From the NCBI GenBank assembly GCA_017560165.1, contig JAFYOM010000014.1, forward strand, positions 74,071 to 138,070: 64,000 nt of DNA, given 5' to 3'. Numbering within the stretch: the first letter of the stretch is position 1; each line of letters begins with the position of its first letter. This DNA comes from Parabacteroides sp. Its GTDB lineage: Bacteria; Bacteroidota; Bacteroidia; Bacteroidales; Tannerellaceae. The notes below the pieces were generated by a model. That model saw nothing but the letters and a program-made list of their open reading frames with translations. It ran no database searches and was not told where the DNA came from. The translations under genes and the position numbers were made by a program. Positions 48,135-57,704 of this stretch are shown here, one piece after another.

Positions 48135-49795
48135 AACAGATTGGAGAGGATGATATGGGTGAACCAATAAACAAGACTTTGTTGTATACGTTAGATCCTG
48201 AAGAGACGTATACATACAATACTCATCATGGAACAGAATATCCATACAATGGATTCCCACCAGGTATACAAGGAAAAAGATATAAGAAAACACGTTTTAT
48301 CAACTGGGAACCCATACCAGAAGATATCATTATTCGTCATTGCGGTTCACAAGTATTCATGAACTTCATGGCAGTATTTCCAAACAATCAAGATGTTATA
48401 GATCCAAACATTCAGATTTTTCAGTTAAGATCAAAGAAAGTTGATATTCAGAATTACATATGTGAACAGATTAATTTCTTCTGTGCATTATATGACGATG
48501 ATAATGAGTTAATAACAAACATGCTCATTGCAAAATATGTAACCGACTCTGGAGAATACAATATCAGAACATTTGATGAATATCACAAGAAACTGTTTGA
48601 GATATTATTCACCGACAGAGTAATCGATAAAATTCGTAAAATGGTCGAAGAAAATGATGTTGGTGATGATGTCATTGGACTCTTCCCGGAAGATTGTTTG
48701 AGAGATATCTATATGGTATCTTTCATGATAAAGGTCATGAGATTATATATCGAACATTTTATAATTTCAACAGGTAATGTTCCAAAGGATTTGTATGAAT
48801 TATTTGCAACAACATATACACATGCGATGAATCATATAAATCCAAATATGTATGTATTGTTATATAACTACGTGAACAAGAACGTTGCCCAGAGTATATC
48901 ATCAAATTCAAATATTTATGATATGCAGGCTATTGAAGGTTTCACCGCACCAACAATAGCACAGGCAGTTATGAGAAAAAATCTTCTATGTGATGGACTG
49001 ATAAAACTTACATTTGCATCGTCATGGGATAAGATAAACAAAAGACCAGTAAATTCATGTGTTGGTTTCATAAAGTCTGTTGTAAATCAGGCATTAATAC
49101 TTATGAGACGAAATCAATTAAGATATTCGTTAGTAAATGTTGATGACCCTGCTCAGTTATTGAGTGAAACCGTTTCATCCTCATCTCCAATATCAGCAAA
49201 ACGTAGTATGGATCCTGGAAAATTCCAATGTGTATATACTGATCTTAATATCATAATCGGAAGAATTGTAAGAGAAATAGACGTATCTCCGGTAGATTAC
49301 TATCTTGAAAACTTGCCACAAATGAATGATCTTTCGAGATTATTAATATCAACAGTGCTGTATAACGAATTTCATTCATCCATAGACATCGACGTTCTTA
49401 ATATGAAACAAAAATACATACTGCTGCTGTATGTCAGATATCGTATCATGACAATATTTGGCATAACGGAAGAAATGACTGTCGATAATGATACCATAAA
49501 TATCCTGATGGGCAAAACGGTTAATGCCACATCCAAACAATTATCCCAGAAGGATATTAACGGCGTGAAAAAATATGTGAAATTGAATAATCTGAAACAA
49601 TACATGTTATCAGAAAAGAATGTTACGTCATATATCGAATGTATCATGAATTGTGTTTTGTCATCATATACAATCGTAAACCATAATGATCCTTCATTGT
49701 TAGGAACACCTCTCGTATATGAGACAACAAATATGACACTCAGTATACTCGATATGGTTGTCGCATTATTTGAATCTATCTGTAGAGGTGAATGA
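48131..49795 (+). CDS. helical hypothetical protein (candidate non-virion RNAP accessory/sigma-like subunit)
   Basis: 554 aa; functional guess rests on size and position between polB and beta'. Confidence 0.45.
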   Translation: MKQIGEDDMGEPINKTLLYTLDPEETYTYNTHHGTEYPYNGFPPGIQGKRYKKTRFINWEPIPEDIIIRHCGSQVFMNFMAVFPNNQDVIDPNIQIFQLRSKKVDIQNYICEQINFFCALYDDDNELITNMLIAKYVTDSGEYNIRTFDEYHKKLFEILFTDRVIDKIRKMVEENDVGDDVIGLFPEDCLRDIYMVSFMIKVMRLYIEHFIISTGNVPKDLYELFATTYTHAMNHINPNMYVLLYNYVNKNVAQSISSNSNIYDMQAIEGFTAPTIAQAVMRKNLLCDGLIKLTFASSWDKINKRPVNSCVGFIKSVVNQALILMRRNQLRYSLVNVDDPAQLLSETVSSSSPISAKRSMDPGKFQCVYTDLNIIIGRIVREIDVSPVDYYLENLPQMNDLSRLLISTVLYNEFHSSIDIDVLNMKQKYILLLYVRYRIMTIFGITEEMTVDNDTINILMGKTVNATSKQLSQKDINGVKKYVKLNNLKQYMLSEKNVTSYIECIMNCVLSSYTIVNHNDPSLLGTPLVYETTNMTLSILDMVVALFESICRGE

Positions 49796-50222
49796 TATGG
49801 ACGAAAATGAAAAAAGATTGCGTGATCATTACAAACATATGTGCAATACGGGATTTGACCCACTAATATGTGTACATCTCGAATATTGGCCTGTGGTGGA
49901 TTATAAGAAAATCGGAGAAACTCTTATTCCAATATTTAATCAAGAAGATGTCAAACATTATCGACATATGTATTATCATATCGATCAGGTTATAACCGAA
50001 GATAGATATGTCGAAGTTATGCAAAAGACGGGTTCTGAATTTACAGAAGATTCTGAGGTTGATAAGTTAGAAGTTCAGAATGTTTGGGTTCCTTCACAGG
50101 ATGCGAATAAAGAACATGCTGGAATATTCTGGTTAAAACCAACTTCAAAATGTAGAACACTCGGTGATTTGTATAAGACATATGAAGCAAAAATCAAGAT
50201 ATTGTTTGGATCTTTCAAGTAA
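49758..50222 (+). CDS. hypothetical protein
   Basis: Likely start ATG 49797 after GAGGTG. Confidence 0.65.
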   Translation: MSHYLNLSVEVNDMDENEKRLRDHYKHMCNTGFDPLICVHLEYWPVVDYKKIGETLIPIFNQEDVKHYRHMYYHIDQVITEDRYVEVMQKTGSEFTEDSEVDKLEVQNVWVPSQDANKEHAGIFWLKPTSKCRTLGDLYKTYEAKIKILFGSFK

Positions 50223-50250
50223 TATCATTATGAAAGGATGCGAAAATTAA

Positions 50251-51633
50251 GTGGGAATTAAATTACAAAGACTGAATTTGGAACATGAATTCCTTGTGGA
50301 TATGATCACAAATAATGGATTCATAATCAAGAAAGATCAAGGATTCAATACGAGTATTGATCAGATGATTAATACTTCTAAATTCATGGATTGTGAATAT
50401 AGATGTGATTGTGGTTCATTCATAGGCCAAGATCTCGTGGGTCAAAAGTGTCCAAGATGTGGTTCTGAAATCGCTTTACATTCACTCAACTTCCAATATA
50501 CTGGTTGGATCGATCTCGGAGATCATCATGTAATCTCTCCAGTATACTGGGCAATAGTAAAACGTGTTCTTGGAAATAACATGCTTCGTTTTATTATCGG
50601 TGATTACAAATCTGATTTCTCTGTTCAGTATAATGAAAACAATACTGATTTTGAAGAGAATAAGAAAAATAAGAAAACAGGTAGAGTTTCTCAGAATGAT
50701 ATTGCATATATCATCAAAAAGATACCGTTAAACAAACATCGTTTTCAGGGACTTGGTTTGGATGGTTTTTATAGGAACTTTGAAGAGATAATAACGACAT
50801 GTGCTCCTAAGAGCCATCCTGAATTACAAACACTTCTTGACAATAAATCTGCAGTATTTACATCGAAGATACCTATATATTCAACTGCGTTTCGTCCAGT
50901 ATCAAAAACATCTGAAACCATGTTTTATCCGAAAATAAATAAATGGTTTTCTCAGATAGCTTCTATCTATAAAAAGATAGATGATATGGTATTGGATATT
51001 GAAATAATTCAAGCATTGAATTATATTCAGAATTGTTTAATACAAGCCACGGATTTTCTGATAGCAAATGAGATCAAAGGTAAAGAAGGCTTCGTACGTT
51101 CAGAAATCGTTGGTGGAACATTCTCATTCTCGGGAAGAGGTGTTATTACATATGATAATACTCTTGCAGCGGATGAAATCGACATCCCATATCCAACGGC
51201 TGTTACAGCTTATCAGTATAGAATCACACACATACTTTGTGTGAGATATGGATTAACTCTTGAGAATGCATTTCTAATGGTTAATACCAACGAACGAAAT
51301 CCATACGTTGTTCAAATACTTAATGAGATCATAGCTGAAGGTCAGTGGGTTATTATGTTACGTGAACCTACAAACAACCTTGCATCAATAGGTTTATTCC
51401 GCATCAGAAGATATAAGTTTGATGATGATACAATATCTTTGACAACAGAACCTCTGAAAGGATTCAATGCGGATTTCGATGGCGATGCATTGAATATGAC
51501 TTTCCTTCCGAAGGAAATTGTACCATCATTCGAATTATTCCATTATTCATGCTTTACAGATAGAATCACTGGTGATGTTGATATATCTTTAAGAGAATGG
51601 AATGGTATCTCTCTCGGCATTATGAGTGAATAA
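50251..51633 (+). CDS. RNA polymerase beta'-like subunit, N-terminal catalytic half (probably non-virion RNAP)
   Basis: N-terminal CDCG..CPRCG zinc finger, FSGRGVIT, LREPT, catalytic FNADFDGD. Confidence 0.92.
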   Translation: MGIKLQRLNLEHEFLVDMITNNGFIIKKDQGFNTSIDQMINTSKFMDCEYRCDCGSFIGQDLVGQKCPRCGSEIALHSLNFQYTGWIDLGDHHVISPVYWAIVKRVLGNNMLRFIIGDYKSDFSVQYNENNTDFEENKKNKKTGRVSQNDIAYIIKKIPLNKHRFQGLGLDGFYRNFEEIITTCAPKSHPELQTLLDNKSAVFTSKIPIYSTAFRPVSKTSETMFYPKINKWFSQIASIYKKIDDMVLDIEIIQALNYIQNCLIQATDFLIANEIKGKEGFVRSEIVGGTFSFSGRGVITYDNTLAADEIDIPYPTAVTAYQYRITHILCVRYGLTLENAFLMVNTNERNPYVVQILNEIIAEGQWVIMLREPTNNLASIGLFRIRRYKFDDDTISLTTEPLKGFNADFDGDALNMTFLPKEIVPSFELFHYSCFTDRITGDVDISLREWNGISLGIMSE

Positions 51634-51686
51634 TAAAATCGGGGGCATCACGCTCCCGCATACTTTTCATATGAAAGGAGATTATA

Positions 51687-52121
51687 ATGAAATCATTTGA
51701 AGAATGTTACAGCATATTCGAAGGTGGATCAATTGATGCATGGCATTACACATCTGGTCTTGGTGCACGTATGAAATTTCGTAATACAGAATTTTATGCA
51801 AACATATATACTGATTTCGAATCGTTTATTAATACATTAAAAAACAATTGGTTGTGTTACGTGTTATTTGAGTTTGATACACGCGATCCCATGAATGAAA
51901 GTCGTAAATGTATTAAACGTTTGCACAAAGCATGTCCTGAATTATTTAATGGCGAAACCTCATACAATTGTGTGATTGCTAATATTAAACCGTGGATATG
52001 GAAATATGGATTGGTTATTCGCAAAGGTTCAATATGTGAAATGATATCTAAAAACGACGTTACGCGTTATATGCATCATGTTAGTGATAATCGCAAAGCA
52101 TACGTTGTACGTGTTATATGA
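51687..52121 (+). CDS. hypothetical protein
   Basis: 144 aa, GAAAGGAG RBS. Confidence 0.65.
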   Translation: MKSFEECYSIFEGGSIDAWHYTSGLGARMKFRNTEFYANIYTDFESFINTLKNNWLCYVLFEFDTRDPMNESRKCIKRLHKACPELFNGETSYNCVIANIKPWIWKYGLVIRKGSICEMISKNDVTRYMHHVSDNRKAYVVRVI

Positions 52122-52134
52122 AAGGATGATTTAA

Positions 52135-52905
52135 ATGAATTTACACGAAAGAATGAAACAGTATGAAGCTGTATCACAGACATATCTTATGAGAAGAACA
52201 CCGGTTATCATCAGACTTGATGGTGTTGCCTTCCACACATTCACCAAGAAATTTGATAAACCTTTCGATGATATGTTCGGTAAAGCAATGAAACGTGTTA
52301 CACGTCAGCTTGTTGATAATATCCAAGGATGTGTTATAGGTTATACCCAGTCAGATGAGATATCCCTTGCCCTTCAGGATTACAAGAATCTTGATACAGA
52401 TGCATGGTTTGGATACAATGTTCAGAAACTTGTTTCTGTATCTGCCAAGATGGCAACATATGAGTTTTACCGAGCATTCGAAGATGTTATTTGTGGACAT
52501 GATCCAAATAGATGTTTATCCATCTATTGGCCTGCTTTGAAGGATAACAATGTCGGTTTTGATTCACGTTGTTTCAATCTGCCATTTGAAGAGGTAAACA
52601 ATTACTTTATTGATCGTCAGAGAGATGCTGAAAAGAACTCCATAAATCTTCTGGCACAACAGTATTACACCCAGCAACAACTTAACGGAATAAATACCAA
52701 GAAATTACAGGATAAGCTTTTCACAGAACGGGGAGTCAATTGGAATGATTTACCGATTGAACAGAAGAGAGGATATGTTTATATACCTAAGAGCAATCCT
52801 AAATTTGAAGAGTATAATCGATTCACACCGGTATTCTCTCAGGAACCTGAATTCGTAAATTCACTTATAAGATTTGATAAGGAGGAAAATAAAATGGAGG
52901 TGTAA
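52135..52905 (+). CDS. Thg1-like tRNA(His) guanylyltransferase / 3'-5' polymerase
   Basis: IIRLDGVAFHTFT, GYTQSDEISL, QKLVSVSA, FDSRCF, RQRDAEKNSI, GVNWNDLP. Confidence 0.92.
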   Translation: MNLHERMKQYEAVSQTYLMRRTPVIIRLDGVAFHTFTKKFDKPFDDMFGKAMKRVTRQLVDNIQGCVIGYTQSDEISLALQDYKNLDTDAWFGYNVQKLVSVSAKMATYEFYRAFEDVICGHDPNRCLSIYWPALKDNNVGFDSRCFNLPFEEVNNYFIDRQRDAEKNSINLLAQQYYTQQQLNGINTKKLQDKLFTERGVNWNDLPIEQKRGYVYIPKSNPKFEEYNRFTPVFSQEPEFVNSLIRFDKEENKMEV

Positions 52906-52910
52906 CGTTA

Positions 52911-54131
52911 TTGATCATATCACGTAAGATCAGGATATATCCGGACGATAGTCAACAAACAATAATCAATAACACATTCGATGTTTGTAGATTTGTATGG
53001 AATAAGTTGTTGGAACGTTCAATAGAATCATTTGATGATGGAAAATTAATAATTCCGAATTATGGAGATATCATATCCGAATATCAATTCTTATCAAAGG
53101 ATAATAAAGGATACGTATTTGATCGGCATGCTGTAAATAATGTAAAACAATTTCTCAGATTATCGTTTTCAAAGTATTTTGATACCATTAGAACGAAAAA
53201 TATCAAATATAGAAAAGGCGGTAAGCCAAAGGGTTTTCCAAGATTTAAATCCAAGAAATTTTCCAAGAATTCATATGCAAGTTATCATCATGAAAATATA
53301 CACATTGATTATATGAATCATGTAATCAAATTACCATGTTTGGGATGGGTTGAATACAATCCCCGTGAGAAAGAATTTCCAGATGATTGGAGATTATTAC
53401 ATATCACGATATCTAAATCATCAACAAACAAATATTACTGTTCATTATGCTTTGAATGTGAAAACAATCAAATTGGGTATAACGGTTTAGATTTTCTAAT
53501 AAATCCGAAACAAACATTGAATATTCTTGGAATTGATTATTCATCGTCATCGTTATATGTTGATAGTAATGGTAATCAACCGGGTTATCCAAAGTATTAT
53601 CGTTCAAATCAAAAACGTTTAAGAATGTTACAAAAGAGATTATCGAGACAACAGAAAGGAAGTGTTAATCGAAATAAAACAATTCAACAAATACGTATTC
53701 TTTATGGGAAGATATCGAATCAACGATACGATTTCTTACACAAATTGTCAACATCGATAACCAAGATGTTTGATGTTATATGTGTCGAAGGCATTGACAT
53801 GAAGAATATGTCCCAATGTTTACATTTGGGCAAATCTACAATGGACAATGGGTTTGGAATATTCAGGAATATGTTAAAATATAAACAAGATAGAATTCCA
53901 TTCCATCTTATGATAACCGCAGAGAAATGGTTTCCATCATCGAAAACATGTTCATGCTGTGGAAATATCAAACATGATTTGATGCTGAAAGATCGTGTCT
54001 ATAAATGTGATCATTGTGGGAATGTTATTGATCGAGATGTCAATGCGGCAATTAACCTTAAGCAATATGCATTTATTCATATTAATGCGATTGCCCAGAG
54101 ATTCATCGATAGATCATTTTCAATGAATTAA
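52911..54131 (+). CDS. tnpB: TnpB RNA-guided endonuclease (IS200/IS605 family)
   Basis: N-terminal KIRIYP..CRFVWN HTH, GFPRFKSK, RuvC-I GIDY, RuvC-II VEGIDMKNM, SSKTCSCCG..CDHCG zinc finger, RuvC-III DRDVNAAINL. Confidence 0.92.
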   Translation: MIISRKIRIYPDDSQQTIINNTFDVCRFVWNKLLERSIESFDDGKLIIPNYGDIISEYQFLSKDNKGYVFDRHAVNNVKQFLRLSFSKYFDTIRTKNIKYRKGGKPKGFPRFKSKKFSKNSYASYHHENIHIDYMNHVIKLPCLGWVEYNPREKEFPDDWRLLHITISKSSTNKYYCSLCFECENNQIGYNGLDFLINPKQTLNILGIDYSSSSLYVDSNGNQPGYPKYYRSNQKRLRMLQKRLSRQQKGSVNRNKTIQQIRILYGKISNQRYDFLHKLSTSITKMFDVICVEGIDMKNMSQCLHLGKSTMDNGFGIFRNMLKYKQDRIPFHLMITAEKWFPSSKTCSCCGNIKHDLMLKDRVYKCDHCGNVIDRDVNAAINLKQYAFIHINAIAQRFIDRSFSMN

Positions 54132-54270
54132 ATATATTATGTTGAAAATATTAAGAAAAGGAAAAGACGATTGATATTTAATTCATAATAGCCCGGATTC
54201 GACACCGGGTGTTAGCTTACTGTCTGAAATCGGTAGATTTCTTGGGTAAGAATAAATCGTCAGGAAAATA
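54132..54270 (+). ncRNA. putative TnpB omega-RNA region
   Basis: Non-coding gap directly 3' of tnpB with stems CCCGG..CCGGG and CTTAC..GTAAG; position typical of omega RNA. Confidence 0.35.
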
Positions 54271-54273
54271 AAA

Positions 54274-54624
54274 ATGATTAATTCAAAAGATAGTAAAAGG
54301 AAAGTAATCACATTTTGTGGATCTTCCAGATTCCGTGAATTGTTCCATAAACTCGCATCCGAATATACATTGATGGGTTGGATTGTGCTGATGCCTCATT
54401 GTTATTATGAGAATGATTCACGTCCTGATCTCAAAGATCTGTTGGTAGAGATTCATCGTGACATGATAGAAATGTCTGATGCCATTCTCGTTGTTAATAA
54501 GGATGGATATATCGGAGATTCAACCAAGGAAGAAATTAAGTGGGCCGAGGCGTTGAATAAAGAAATCAAGTATTATGCAACACCCTTGAAGATGCCTGGG
54601 TTTACATCAGAAGACAAGAGGTAA
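54274..54624 (+). CDS. nucleoside 2-deoxyribosyltransferase/DUF4406-like protein
   Basis: VITFCGSSRF, SDAILVVNKDGYIGDSTKEEIKWA. Confidence 0.7.
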   Translation: MINSKDSKRKVITFCGSSRFRELFHKLASEYTLMGWIVLMPHCYYENDSRPDLKDLLVEIHRDMIEMSDAILVVNKDGYIGDSTKEEIKWAEALNKEIKYYATPLKMPGFTSEDKR

Positions 54625-54631
54625 CATTCAT

Positions 54632-54964
54632 ATGGGTACGTATAATAAACAAACAATAGTGTATTCCAATTATAAAACATTCGATTGTTATGACACTTCG
54701 GTTGATGAAGATAATATTGGATGGCAGATACTTGATAGCATAAGAGAAAATGTTAAAAATTGTAAAGATATAATGGGATTCACATGTAACGACTACACTG
54801 TGATATTTACACCCACTGGTATAAGATCTGAAACGATAACGCTTTTAGTTAACATCCTTTCAAATAAAACAATAGTTATTGTATTGGGCATACCGGATTT
54901 TGAAGACAAAGATGTTGCCAAATGGGTGTTGCATGAAATAAAAGAAAAACTTGAATACTTATAA
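54632..54964 (+). CDS. hypothetical protein
   Basis: 110 aa, GAGGT RBS. Confidence 0.6.
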   Translation: MGTYNKQTIVYSNYKTFDCYDTSVDEDNIGWQILDSIRENVKNCKDIMGFTCNDYTVIFTPTGIRSETITLLVNILSNKTIVIVLGIPDFEDKDVAKWVLHEIKEKLEYL

Positions 54965-54979
54965 AGGAGACATAATGAT

Positions 54980-55282
54980 ATGTCATATACGAAATCATAT
55001 ATCATTAATTTATTCTGGGAAGGTGTATTTACTCAAGCATATGTCACAGGTGGTAACAAAAGAGCTGCAATCAGAAAGTTCATATTAAATGTCAAACCAG
55101 AATGGCTCGATGATCTTTCTGAATTGAAAAAGACCCAGGATGGTGGTTATAAACTTTCTTTACGTTCTCCAACTGGAGTTAAAATGGATGCTACGTTTAA
55201 TATCCGACAGATATATACAGGATCAGATTTTATTATGTTATCCATGAGCAATATGCACGATCATTATACATCTACAGATTAA
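54980..55282 (+). CDS. hypothetical protein
   Basis: 100 aa, AAAGGAG RBS; terminator at 55300-55328. Confidence 0.6.
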   Translation: MSYTKSYIINLFWEGVFTQAYVTGGNKRAAIRKFILNVKPEWLDDLSELKKTQDGGYKLSLRSPTGVKMDATFNIRQIYTGSDFIMLSMSNMHDHYTSTD

Positions 55283-55544
55283 TGAAATAAAAAAAGAATT
55301 GGTGGGCTTTCGCCCACCTTCTTTTTTTATAATTTTATATGTATATTATTTATATGACACAACAAAGAAAATTTAATTCCACAGGAGGTGATATCATGAA
55401 TGAAATCGGCGAGATTGTCATTATCGACACATCAAATTCAACCATCATGTGTGGTTGATATAATTAAACGGTTGATTTATCCGTTGTTATAAATCCCTGA
55501 ATGTATTAACGGTACATTCAAGCATACGAATATAAACCCAGTAT

Positions 55545-56012
55545 ATGACAGAAACATATACATGTATTCTTTGTTATGTCATTATTAAATGTGTATATCG
55601 TGAAAGGATGTTTAAAATGAAAATAATTAAAGCAGGTACTGTAGGAAATCCATTCCCTAAATTTCAAGTCAAATGCAAGTATTGTGAATCAGAATTTGAG
55701 ATAGAAGGATGGGATGATGTTTATATCAAAGATATTTCTCCGTTTTTAAATAAATTCGAATGTGGGTGTGATTGTCCAGTATGTGGCACTGGTGTAAATA
55801 TACCGGATAATGAAAATGCATTCTTATTTGAATACATATTAAAGAAACCAAGGACTGAGTCAAAACGATATATAGATACAGCTTGGAGATATATAAATGC
55901 TCTGGGAGTGAATAAGAAGCAGTTGCTTCATGTTGGTATAATAAACCAAATGCCTTTGCCCGAAAAGTTATATAGGAAGCAATTTAAGAAAGAAGGATCA
56001 TGGTCAAAATGA
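55545..56012 (+). CDS. zinc-ribbon protein
   Basis: CKYC..CPVC; likely start near 55608-55617 after GAAAGGATG. Confidence 0.65.
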   Translation: MTETYTCILCYVIIKCVYRERMFKMKIIKAGTVGNPFPKFQVKCKYCESEFEIEGWDDVYIKDISPFLNKFECGCDCPVCGTGVNIPDNENAFLFEYILKKPRTESKRYIDTAWRYINALGVNKKQLLHVGIINQMPLPEKLYRKQFKKEGSWSK

Positions 56013-56755
56013 TTAATTTGAATATAAAATCAATATCGTCCACCTCTGCAGATAAGTATGAAGCTGTTGAGATTGATTTTATTGAAACTTGTAAGTCTGG
56101 TTGGTTGTTTGAACTCAGACATATCGTTCATAAATTTAAAAAGAATGATAATAACAATTCGAACACAGATGATGAAAAATCATCAGATCCGGTTGATAAA
56201 ACATTAGAAAAATATAAGATAATAATTGAGGATAAAGATGAATTAGAGTTGATTCGGAAATATCCACAAGTTGCATTTGCATACATTGCATATACATCTC
56301 AAAGGTGCAGATGTATGAAATATCAAGTAACACTTGAAAAATCGGCAGATAATACACGTTCACAGAAATATGGTAAAATTCCTTCTGAGTTAGACATCCA
56401 TATGGCTAATGGATATACCTTGCGTGATGATCCAATTAACATACGCAGTAAAGATACTATCAATCTCAAAGAATATATTAAAGGTTCTTATGAAGGATTA
56501 ACATTTATGAATACTGCCGGAAAAGATAATCCAGCATCTTTGATTCATCCGCATTTTCATAGATATTATGTAAAACAGTTGGAAGATTATAACGAATATT
56601 ATGCAATGTATGAAATCGGAATGTTCATTGATGAAAATGGGTGTTTGGTTGATAAAACTCATTCTGATATCAAATTAAGGAAACCATCCATGTACGACAT
56701 CAGTGATATATTAACTCAAATCTATCCATACTTGTGGGGAGAGGAGGATTATTAA
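56000..56755 (+). CDS. hypothetical protein
   Basis: 251 aa. Confidence 0.7.
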   Translation: MVKMINLNIKSISSTSADKYEAVEIDFIETCKSGWLFELRHIVHKFKKNDNNNSNTDDEKSSDPVDKTLEKYKIIIEDKDELELIRKYPQVAFAYIAYTSQRCRCMKYQVTLEKSADNTRSQKYGKIPSELDIHMANGYTLRDDPINIRSKDTINLKEYIKGSYEGLTFMNTAGKDNPASLIHPHFHRYYVKQLEDYNEYYAMYEIGMFIDENGCLVDKTHSDIKLRKPSMYDISDILTQIYPYLWGEEDY

Positions 56756-56949
56756 TGGACAATGTTAAAAGCATAATTGAATTGCTGTTGGAAGAACATT
56801 CCAAATGTCAAGAATTAAGAGACATACTTGACAAACCAACAGCGGGTGCATATCATGATGAGATAATAACTCTCAAAGCGGTTATCCGAAACAAAAGATC
56901 AGAAATATCAAAATGCTTCAATTCTGACTTAAAATATAATATTGATTAA
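56734..56949 (+). CDS. small hypothetical protein
   Basis: Likely start ATG 56755 after GAGGAGG. Confidence 0.55.
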   Translation: MGRGGLLMDNVKSIIELLLEEHSKCQELRDILDKPTAGAYHDEIITLKAVIRNKRSEISKCFNSDLKYNID

Positions 56950-56971
56950 AAATGAAAGGATGTTTTAAAAA

Positions 56972-57703
56972 ATGAATGAAGTTGCAAAACGAGCATGGAA
57001 TTATAAAAGAGGAAAAATCAGACTCTTTATATCACAACCGTTTACGGGTTATGATGAATCACAGATAAGGAAACAACGTGCATTGTTACACGATGTTTTT
57101 GCACAATATTGTGGTGTTGGAAAGGATGACATCATCCTTTTAGATCAGCTTGACCCAAAAGATCCGCATGATGAAGAAATGAATTTCTGCAATGAAGAAA
57201 ATCGTGACGCTTATAGATTTTGCAGATCAATCGGTATTATGAAAGATGCCGATTGTGTGATATTCTTCGGTGATTGGAGAGGTTCACGTGGATGCAAACT
57301 CGAAAAAGAAATATGTGATAAATACAAGATCCCGATATTTGATCAGTATAAATTACTGAACTGGATCACACGATCAAATATCCATGATAAAGAAAAAGTG
57401 TTAAAAGAACTTTTTGAATACAATTATACAATAAATGGTCTTGCAACATCAAACCCATATTGTATGGATGATGTAATATATGTCTCTTCCAAATTAAAAG
57501 AAAAGGGTATGTATGAAGGAAGGATGGTTGTTGTCACCCGTGTGCCAGTTACTGATAAAAAGCAGATCAAACGTATGAAAGTTCATCTTATGGATTTTGA
57601 AGACGATAATTTGGTTTTTGTAGTATCGCCGAAAACATCCTGTGATCTTAAAATGGACGTTGGTTATGACCGCATCACAGTAACGGGAATGTCAAAGTTT
57701 TAA
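56972..57703 (+). CDS. DUF4406-like domain fused to a degenerate RNAP beta'-like double-psi barrel
   Basis: LFISQPFTG and DCVIFFGDWRGSRGCKLE; the C-terminal 90 aa align by eye with the catalytic barrel of 50251-51633. Confidence 0.6.
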   Translation: MNEVAKRAWNYKRGKIRLFISQPFTGYDESQIRKQRALLHDVFAQYCGVGKDDIILLDQLDPKDPHDEEMNFCNEENRDAYRFCRSIGIMKDADCVIFFGDWRGSRGCKLEKEICDKYKIPIFDQYKLLNWITRSNIHDKEKVLKELFEYNYTINGLATSNPYCMDDVIYVSSKLKEKGMYEGRMVVVTRVPVTDKKQIKRMKVHLMDFEDDNLVFVVSPKTSCDLKMDVGYDRITVTGMSKF

Positions 57704-57704
57704 A

